A stretch of 63,609 nt of DNA, filler included, from Collodictyon triciliatum (taxonomy: Eukaryota), in NCBI GenBank assembly GCA_043381765.1. It is 6 parts of 6 records of this genome, joined end to end, with 100 filler letters (N's around TTAATTAATTAA, not from the genome) between each part and the next. Parts side by side here need not be neighbours in the genome. Positions count along the whole stretch, not along the records: positions 47,686 to 59,011 come from JBHJMP010002430.1; positions 59,112 to 63,609 come from JBHJMP010002468.1; 4 more parts are not named here. One strand, written 5' to 3'. Positions within the stretch are counted from its first letter, which is position 1. The number at the start of each line of letters is the position of its first letter. The notes beneath the pieces are model-generated. The model was not told the DNA's origin and made no database searches. It saw only the letters and a list, made by a program, of their open reading frames with translations. The translations under genes and the position numbers were made by a program. This document shows positions 49,730 to 63,609 of the stretch, piece after piece.

Positions 49730-52717
49730 TCATGAATGCACTTGTTCTGCATTTGCGTCGTTCGATGCCTTTGGCGAAGCTGGCGACTCCGACTTTGCAA
49801 CCGAGGATAATGTCGGAGCATCGCGTGCGGTAGCAGAGTTTGACTTCTGCGGAGGTGTATGTGGCGGAAGAGAGACAAGCGGCATCACAGACGAACGCAT
49901 CACTTCCTGATTTGAAGTTGCTTGGACAGGTGACTTTGGACCTGGAGAAGAAAGAGAACGCCTCGTCTGTGATGGACTCTGCGCTTTGCTAATCACCGGT
50001 AATCCTTCGTACACTGCGTGCGTGCTTTTTGATGAGGGTATCGCAGGTGCATCGTCATGTTTCACAACCGTTTTCTGAATACTCTTCTTGGCCTCGGCTT
50101 GCGAATCAGTCACCTCCTTCAAAACATCGCGAACCATATCACTCGTCTGCCCTGAATTTGGTGCGTATGAAAACACTTGGTCGCTCGGCAACTGTAAGTT
50201 TGGTTGTGCGGCTGATTTGCTTGCTTGTGCCAGAGACGTCTTTTCTTGGTTGGACCGCAGTATTTCGATGAGGTGTGTGGTGTCTATATTGTGCCGACGC
50301 AGTTCTGCGATGCAAGCTTTGTTCTGGGATTGAAGAACTTCAACCTGCCCTTGTCGCTCGTTCACTGTTCAAAGTGCCATTGAAAAAATATGATTAAAAA
50401 TAATGGGAAAAGGACTTGCGCATTATTTCTGTTCGTTTCTTTGTTTTTCTGGTGGTAATTCTGGGTGTGTGTTTTGGTTGAATTGATAATACCACCCAAT
50501 TACCTTTTGCTCGGAGTCCTTTAATGTCCATCTCTAATCTGTTTAATGAGAGATGATTTACTGAGAGTCAAAAAAATGTAAAAAAAAAAACTTTCTGTAT
50601 ATTTCCTGAAAATGATTATTATATTTTTGTTGAGGCAATTTACCTATTTATGAGAGAGGTGAGCTTCTTTTGCATAGCATCAGAGGTCTTTTGGGAGCTT
50701 ATCAAAAGGGTCGTTCCTTTCTGTTTTTCAGTAGCAATATCTTCTTTGAGCTTTTTTATCTAAAGACATTTTTTTTTTTTTTTTTTTGTAAAAGTAGATG
50801 AGCAAGGTTCCTCTTAAAGCTTTCGTCATGGAACAGTTATGATTGTTTATATTTATCAACGAGTATATAGGGAAATCAAGTGTCATAAACCAGCTCAGAT
50901 TGTCCCTCAAGGCGCATGCTCATATCATTTACGATCGCTTCTTTCTTTTGCAATTCATCCTTAAGTTGGAATTCAATCTCTGATGACCGCTAATAAAATC
51001 TTAGTTTAAGAAATTCGCTTGTTATATTGAATAGCAGTAAAAAAAAAAAAAAACTAGTTGGATGAATCCTAATGATTTTTTTTTCAAGAGGTAATAACTA
51101 GCGATATTTTTTTCTCGAAAAAAAAATACATTTCTTGATTGCTTCTCTTCACGGAGCTCCTGTACAGTTTGCTCTAATCGGTACTCTAGTCGATCAATTA
51201 TGTCTTGCTGTTTTTGAAGCTTTTTTGCGTATTTTTTATGTATTTCTGCAACCTGGGTCTGACAGCTTTGTATTATTTTTACTAAATCTTGTTCATGCTC
51301 GATGGAGGCAGCCTATTTGGTTTTAACTAATAAGAAATAATCGAAAAACTTGCACAAATTGAAAGGAAGAATAAAAAGAAATAATCAAAAATAAGAGAGT
51401 GAGTGATAGAGAAAAAAAAAGAAAATAATCTATGAATGATGCACAGATTTTATGTCTTAAATTTTAAAAGAATTAAATGAGCTACCTTCCATGCATCCTT
51501 GAACAAAGTCTCTTGCTTTACGAGCAAGTTTCTTAGTTCAACTTTGAATGCCTTTCGGATGGTACCAAGCCGTTCCTCGTAGATTGTTCGGTGGTAGAAT
51601 CTCTTATTGATGTGCTAATTCACATAATTTTAGAATAAAAAGAATAATGAGTGGTTCTACCTTGAGTTTTTATAATAAAATATATTAAAACGACAACAGT
51701 AGGAAAGGCAAGACATCTTCTCTGTATCTACCTCTTCTATTTCCTTTCTTAGCGCTGCTTCGTGTTCATCCATAGTCATCATGATCAAGCGGTCATTGAG
51801 CAAACAGTCATTCTTTTTCTTGACATCAAATTCTTCCTGTCATATATTACAATTTATTATTACTAACTTTTGTATACATAAAATTTAGCTTTAGTGGCTA
51901 TGCTCATTATATATCCTTTTTTTTTTTTAGGGGTCTGAATATTGAAATGGTAAAATAGCAATCGAAATTACTTTGACATAGTCATTGAGAATGTTAAATT
52001 GGTCTGTAACAAAATATTGTATCATCGACAGATGGGATCTGATTTCCTAGGATAAATTAATAAATTAAATCAAAAATGAATATCTGGGATTTTTAAAAAA
52101 AAAACAAGAGCTAATTAGTCCAACTGCTTCGATATCATATTCAGATATGATTTAAATAAAATATATCTACATATAAGGACTTTTAAGATATCAGCGCATG
52201 TTTACTTTTGGTGCCGAGGCTAGCGAACCAATTAGGTTCGTCATTTTATTTCTCACTCGATTCAAAAACTCATCATCGCTTTCCTTCCTAGCTTCGTCCA
52301 AGTCCTTGAATGTTTGAATCATGAAATCCTGCGGGCATAGACAATATGATCGAGCAGAAATAAGATGGAAAAAACAATAGCGAAAATGAGAAAAATTATA
52401 CGTGCGATTAATTAGTAGGACTTGTTTCATTATTTCAATCATAAAAACATAAAAAAAAATAAGAAAAAGGAAGTAGCAACCCTTCAGGTATATAAAATGA
52501 ATGTATATTAAAACTTGCGTGGAATTCCTGCTTCTTCAGATTCAGTTCTTCCTCATAATGGGATATTTTTGACATTGATTGAGATTCCTGCATGGATTTA
52601 AGCATTTATAAAAAGCGAGTGATGGAATTGATACCAAATTAAGAGAAATACTAAAAAAAAAATTTTTTTTAGCAATATGGTCAGCCAAGTGAAGGTTGTG
52701 AAAGATTCATAGAGCAG

Positions 52718-52794
<77 letters not shown>

Positions 52795-53778
52795 GGACAC
52801 CAAAAAAAAGGTTTGTAGAAAGAGGAGAAAATGGAAAAATAGAGGAGAAAAAGAAAAAGAAAAAGAAAAAGAAAAAGAAAAAGAAAAAGAAAAAGAAAAA
52901 GAAAAAGAAAAGAAAAAGAAAAAGAAAAAGAAAAAGAAAAAGAAAAAGAAAAAGAAAAAGAAAAAGAAAAAGAAAAAGAAAAAGAAAAAGAAAAAGAAAA
53001 AGAAAAAGAAAAAGAAAAAGATACAAACTGCAACTGTCGGACTTCCCAAAGATGCCGAGTCAACCAGGCCATTCACAAAGCGAGCCGAGAAGCGGGTGGG
53101 CAGAATCTTTTGCTTTCGCAGCGCAGAGCGGCCGAGGACGTTTCCACTGCCGTCAAGATTCCGGCTGAAGTTGGGATTGGCATTGGGACTGACATTAGCA
53201 TCAGCATTAGCATGAGCATGAGCATTGGAGCGCATCGAGGAGGACTCCAGAGACGACGAATACGAGTGGCGGAGGCCGTGGAGCGGGATTCTGGGCAGAC
53301 GCAGGGACTCTGCATCGAGCGGCATGGCGGCCTCCGAGCGGACTTCGTCGGGCGCTTCGCAATCCTCGGCCAGGTCGGCATCGTCTGTCTGCGCCGCGTT
53401 TTCCGCGCACAGCTGCTGCATCCGCTCGTCCAGTTCCTTCTGCAGGTGCGATCGGTCCAGTTCGATGCGCAGAGCCGCAGCCACGCGGTCGCTGTGTGCT
53501 TTGGCCCGGCCTTCTTTCGCGCTTGCTTTGACTCTTACTTTCACCCGTGCTTTTGCTTTGTCTTGCGCCTTGGAGTGCGCTGCTGCTTTTGCGCTTGCGT
53601 TTGACTGCCGAGTTGCGGCCTCTGTCGCAGAGGCGCGTCCTTTTGGGCTTGGCTGCTTCGAGCCTCTTTTGTCTCGCTGCGCGGGTTCTTCTTCGTTGTC
53701 TTCGTCTTCTTCTTCCTCCTCAAAGTCTTCATCGCTGTATGCGTCGTCGCTGTTGTAGGCTGTGGCTCTGACGCTCAT
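49730..53778 (-). CDS. Multi-exon coiled-coil protein of unknown function (acidic N-terminus, Ser/Pro-rich C-terminus)
   Basis: ATG at 53778 opens a long GC-rich first exon, followed by many small helical exons (IYEERLGTIRKAFKVELRNLL, KIRKKASKTARHN). The 3' end is uncertain: 49730, or one further exon ending near 49480. Confidence 0.7.
51349..51375 (+). mobile_element. ~27-nt retroelement tail insert with target-site duplication, intronic
   Basis: tgcacaaattgaaaggaagaataaaaa matches the element terminus. Flanked by aagaaataatcgaaaa (51332) / aagaaataatcaaaaa (51376). Confidence 0.65.
52719..53020. repeat. Intronic (AAT)n and (GAAAAA)n microsatellites
   Basis: Direct observation. Similar intronic tracts at ~43960-44070, 46030-46100, 47830-47925 and 54991-55096. 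Confidence 0.95.
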
Positions 53779-54008
53779 CTTCTCCTGTACTTATGCTTGT
53801 TTGTTTTTGTTTGTCTTTGTTTATTTTGCTTGTTTGCGCCTGGACGCAAGTTGATTTGACAGGAGATAAAACAGTCGTGATTATTTTCTTACGCGCGGGA
53901 CAAGGGGGATGCTGCGATGCATGGGGATTATCATCATTATAATGTCAAAAGGAGAGAATGAAGAGAAAGTGTGATAGGAGAAGGCGAGGATTTGCGGCCA
54001 GCGAGCGA

Positions 54009-58559
<4,551 letters not shown>

Positions 58560-58975
58560 TCTTACCTAATCTATACGGAGTGGGATTAGCTGCAGCCCGC
58601 TTTTTCTCTGCCTTTCTCCAATAAGTTTAAGGGAATTGTATAAGGCATTGTCATTGGAGTATGAAGGGAAAAAGCGAAGGTTGCTGGCAGAAAAAAACAA
58701 GGAGGCAAGGTCTACTGGGAAAAAAACCAAAAAAATGTACCAAAAAAAAAAAGGACAAAATTAATAAACAAAAATAAGACCTTTGAGTCGGGTAAAGGTG
58801 AAAAAAAAAAGGAAGGGAAAACACGGGAATAAAGGGAAAATAGGCAAACAAGGGTGTGTATCTAGATGTATATTTCGATTTTCAACTTTGGTGAGCTTTG
58901 TCTACTACTCACGTTTTTTGTTTTTTGTTTTTTGTTTTTTGTTTTTTGTTTTTTGTTTTTTGTTTTTTGTTTTTT

Positions 58976-59011
<36 letters not shown>

Positions 59012-59111
59012 NNNNNNNNNNNNNNNNNNNNNNNNNNNNNNNNNNNNNNNNNNNNTTAATTAATTAANNNNNNNNNNNNNNNNNNNNNNNNNNNNNNNNN
59101 NNNNNNNNNNN
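59012..59111. other. Artificial scaffold spacer
   Basis: 44N-TTAATTAATTAA-44N. Confidence 0.95.
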
Positions 59112-59795
59112 AGCGCATCTCCAAACCCCGAAAGAAATCCCCCCTTAAACTACCCATTCAGACTGACGTGAATATGGTTAACATAGGAGGCATCAAGGCA
59201 GTCTTCGTTACATATCCGAAAGGATACTCCAAATCGAAGGCAACACAAGAACCAGCGCCCACCAAAGATAGTCTGTTTCCCCTGCCCCAACCCGTCGCAC
59301 CAAGAACCAAGGAGCAAGAGCAAACAGCACAAGTCGAATCCAAGCTTGGAACTTCACACCAAAGACAATCCGAGCAAGCAGGAGCGTATGTTTCTAAAAC
59401 CACAAACGCGTATCCATACACCGGTAAAGCAAAGTCCACTGCCGGCTACGCATGGTTCCGAAACCAGGGGACGGTCAAGCGCCACTTCCGTGAATACCAG
59501 ACAAACAACGATGTATCGTTTTTTGTCAGAGTCGCCCAGCAAGAAATGCAAGGAAAGTGACCCGTTGTCCCCTCAAAAGGCTCATCCTGTGGAATGAAAT
59601 ATGATGTAAACCTTGTCTGAGATAGACGGTTGAAAGGACACGTCGGAATCGATTTGAGAAGTAACTGCCATGCGCATACTTTCATCGACCCGGCAACTTT
59701 ATCCGCTCTTCTGTCTCTCGAATACAACCAGAAATCGCGTTGGAGCTGATTCACCTCGGGTGGAATGGTTCGCGTGTGAGAACACTTTCTCTCCT
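59112..59795 (+). repeat. GC-richer repeat at the scaffold start: 130-aa ORF (59168-59560) followed by copy 2 of the 26205-26450 repeat; probably TE-derived
   Basis: Block identity with 26205-26450, and position at an assembly break. Confidence 0.6.
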
Positions 59796-60064
59796 TTCTT
59801 TTTCTCGTTTTTTTCTTTTTCTTCCACCCAAAACACAAAAACTCCAACCACTCAATCCGGGGGTTTCCACTGTCTTGTCCATAGCTCATTATTGCCATAT
59901 AAGCGAAGGACGCCCATTACCGCGGAAAACTTCATAATATAACTGCTCACTTTTTCCACTTGGTTCATAAATACGTATGAAAAATGGAATGGTTCTTTTA
60001 TTTTATTTCTTAGTTTCACGGTGCTGTTGATGGGAAATCATAGAGACCATGTCAAAAGAATCTC

Positions 60065-63000
60065 TTAAAGGATTTGATTGAGAGCTGTGCCCACAATTTT
60101 TTCAAAGAACCCAGAAATCTTGTACTTCAATTCACTGATTCTGGGCTTGTTGGAGGTGAGCTTTTTTGCAATACCAAAGAGCAGAGCAACCACGGAGCTG
60201 AAGGCTTCCAGAGCAAATGGAATCATAAAGTCCACGATAAACACGGCATTCAGCCCGATGATTGCAAAAACTATCCAGTCATTTCCGGGCACTAGTTGTT
60301 GAACCAGCGCACCAAAAAATGATAAATAGAGCAACAACCAGCAGTTTATTGAAAGGCTGTCATCAGAGTCCAAGAGGTACGGCTCAAATCGATTTTGAAG
60401 TGTTATCGACATCTAGAAATTAAAACTAAACCTATTAACCCAATTTTTATTTGTAAATATATGCAAAGGCGCTTACCTGAATTAAGATGAAGAACACAAA
60501 ATAGAGAATGGCCGGTGATGTGTAGGGGACAACAAATGCTGTAAATCCAAACAAAATCGATTGAAATACTCTGATGACCACCCACCAGTCATATTTCTGC
60601 ACATTTTTTTTTATTATTTAGACTTATGTATAGAAATGAAATCAGTATAATTTTGAAATCATTCTGCTTACCTCTTCGTAGATAGCAGAGATCCGACCCA
60701 CTTGAACCTGGCAGATTATATCAAAAGTTGAATGGCTTATCTTGAGACTCTCATTCAACCCAGTTCGTCCATTCTCAACTTCCTCTTTTTTATTACTCAA
60801 ATCGCTCTGAAAAGCCGATGGAATGCTGGAATCGTTGTCGAAATTAATTGGTTCGACTCCATCGATGTCCGTCTCACAGGCATATTTACTAGGTTCAATA
60901 CTCTTGATTGCAATATGCACGTTGCACTCTTGAATAGAATCACTTGTATCCTGCATCATAAATTTTATTTAACATATATTTGGTATAAATTATTCCATAT
61001 TTAATCAAACCGAATCAGTGTGTACAACTTTTTCTCGTAACTGTTCATCATTTTTAATTCCTTTAGAACTTCTCGCTCTTTTTACGATTAACCACAAGAA
61101 ACTTGGATACAAAATCATATACAGCAAGCCCGGTATTGCAGCAGCAATCATCTGAGCGTATTCATCGGTCATGGGTTTGCATTGTATCCAGGGATTAGTG
61201 TTGACAAACCACAAACCAAACCCTTCATCATATAAAGTGCATCCAAAAGTGCTGACTACATCTTGAACTACCGAAAAATATGTTCCTTCCAGGAAAATAA
61301 ACATAACTCCGACAACCTGTCCATTATCAGAGTCAGTTTCGCTGACGTTTAGAAGATTTTTCCTTTATTAGATTCGAAGAATGTACTCTTGAAGATAAAG
61401 ATCGAATAAACAAACCTTCTCAATATTTTTCCTGTCTCCTTTTGAGATAAACTTTTTCAAAGCCAATAAAGCTATGAAAAATATGGCAGGAATTCGAGCC
61501 AAGTTGAGAAGTGATGTGATGTGGGGGCGATTTCCAACGATGCACTCCAGAGTTGGCAGCCTCAGTGAGAACAAATTACCGACAAATTTTCCAGCCAGGT
61601 TTATTTCTGGCAGAGATACAATATTGCCAAGAACTTGGAGGATTTGCGTGTAAAACAGGAAAATGTCCAAAGATGCTGCAACAAGCAATTATTAATTCAA
61701 CAAATAAAAAATTAAAATGATTAGTGAGATATATATGATTTGTATACTGACCTGATTCGGTTTGGTCATCGTCTGCACCTTTCATACTGAATTTCTCCTC
61801 AATTTCATCTATGCTCTCACCTACCCAAGCGAAGCCGACCTGATATACAACTCCGAAAAAAAGCAGAAGGAGGAAAACAATAACCTTGAGAGCAGAGTAA
61901 TCGGATGAGCATTCTCTGCATTCACCGCTGTCAAATAAGTATCCATCCTCGCATGAAGAGCAACTTCTTCCTTTGTATCCTTTTTCACACGGGAAATCAT
62001 AAGTTTTGTTACTTATGAGCATTCTTTCAGACATGGATTCTGGAATGTAAAATTTGCACACGTCTGGGTTCATGCACGGAACTATCTGGACTATCTTGAG
62101 AACTTCTGGTGTGAAATAACACTTTTCCAAGGAAACACCATCATTGCAATCGCATTCTCTTGGGCACTTGTAACAGCGTTTTCCAAATCCAAAGTAACCA
62201 GGCAAGCATTTGCACATCCCATAGTCGTGATACTTTGGGTCAATGTCCACTTTCATCTCAATCAATCCTGAGCGAGAGACAACCGACGGACATGAATATC
62301 TGTCCGTCGTCTTTTCCAAATTGTAGGAGTCAGTGATATTCATAAAGGAGGGAAGAAAATCTAAAGAGCCATGATTCATACTCGTATTTTTCAAGCCTAG
62401 GTATTCAAGTTTGGTGAATGAATCGTATGATTCAGGTATGCTTCCAACAATAGGATTTCCAGACAAGTCTAGATTATTCCATTTTAATGTATCTGTGAGT
62501 TTGAGAAGCTTTTTTATATTGTTATTCTTGATGCTTATCCTCTTTGCCCTTGTCACACGCTCAAAAATTCTAGATCCAAATTCTCCATATAGCTGATTGT
62601 CATCTAATATCAATGTTACGTAGTTTTGAATATATAGCCATTCAAATGGTACAATAAAATTCTGAACGTCTCCAGAAAATGAGTTATTTCTCAGGTCTAT
62701 GGAAATGAGGTTAGGAAGGACCCAAAACCTCGATGGCATAGATCCATGAAATCGGTTGTTGGACAGAGTCAACGATTTCAAATTTAAAAAAATCTCAAAA
62801 GAGATAACAGGTATAGTTCCGATCATTTCGTTGTTCGATAAGTCAAGTTCCTCTATGGACGGAATGTACCAGTTGTTTGGTATAGTGCCTGTAATATGAT
62901 TCTCGCTGGCATCGAATACTTCCAAAAGCGGTAAATTGAATGAAGAGAGAGAACTATTCAGATTGTTTCTGAATAGTGAAATTTCATTTAAATTAAAGCA

Positions 63001-63597
63001 ATTACGAAAGGCAGGAACTTTTCCTGTTGATTTAGCAACAAAAATTAGGGGAATATATATTCAACATGTACTGACCATATCTCTTCCTCCAATCAGTATT
63101 TTCTGCCTTTTTTATTCAATTTTTATTCTTTATTTGCTTACCGCTTAAGTGATTATCAGAAAAGTCCAAAATTATGATACTATAGAGATATTCGAGATCC
63201 GGTATTGTTCCTTATCATAAATCATAATTTAGCATATAATTTTATAAAATTATGACTTTTAAAAAAAAATGTACCGCTCAACTTGTTGGATGACAATTTA
63301 AATTCTGTGACATATTGGATTCCATTGAAGTTTGGAACTGTTCCTGGGATATTTAATTAGTATTTCATCAAAAATTCATTCATAATAAACTTCAAAGTTA
63401 CCATTTAGTTGATTTATGCCAAGTAAAATAATGGAGACATATTGAATTCCGCTGAAGTTTGGAACTGATCCTGAAGTATAGAGTTAATGCTAGTAACAAT
63501 TCTATTCTAAAAAAAAATTGAAAATTGCCTGTCAGATAGTTATTGGGAGCATCTATCAGCCTCACACTTGGAATGCCATCGAAGTTTGGAATAGTTC
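60065..63597 (-). CDS. LRR + Cys-rich (EGF/GCC-like) + multi-pass TM receptor-like protein; 5' part lies beyond the window
   Basis: Plant-type LRRs (LDLSNNEMIGTIP, LTLSNNRFHGSMP), CKCLPGYFG...CEKGYKGRSCSSCEDGY, then several TM helices over spliced exons ending ...ALNQIL*. Confidence 0.85.
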
Positions 63598-63609
63598 CTG
63601 TTATGTAAC

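Overview
AT-rich, intron-dense genomic DNA from a microbial eukaryote using the standard genetic code; the organism cannot be identified from this sequence alone. The window is not one locus. Five identical 100-nt spacers (44N-TTAATTAATTAA-44N) split it into six pieces of 11330, 11330, 11328, 13297 (incl. 1320 N), 11326 and >4498 nt, which look like unrelated scaffolds concatenated roughly by size. Pieces 1 and 2 each carry a ~31-exon paralog of an unusual NLR-like STAND gene: CH - DUF4062 - NACHT-like - TPR - pentapeptide - 8xWD40 - SEL1. In both paralogs each TPR sits on its own 126-nt exon and the last exon is ~3 kb with no introns. Other genes: a kelch-repeat protein, a probably secreted WD40/GCC2-Cys-rich/FG-GAP protein, a multi-pass membrane protein, peroxisomal ABCD3/PMP70, a partial unknown gene, a kinesin-14-like C-terminal motor fragment, a coiled-coil protein, a DYRK-family kinase with a WW domain inside its catalytic domain, and an LRR/Cys-rich/multi-TM receptor with one LRR per exon. 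Non-coding sequence shows non-LTR retrotransposition: several copies of a poly(A)-tailed 3' end whose ORF ends in a PIP-box-like motif, ultra-short TSD-flanked inserts, and a TSD-flanked tRNA-Leu 5' half. Exon structures were read by eye from splice sites and frame continuity.
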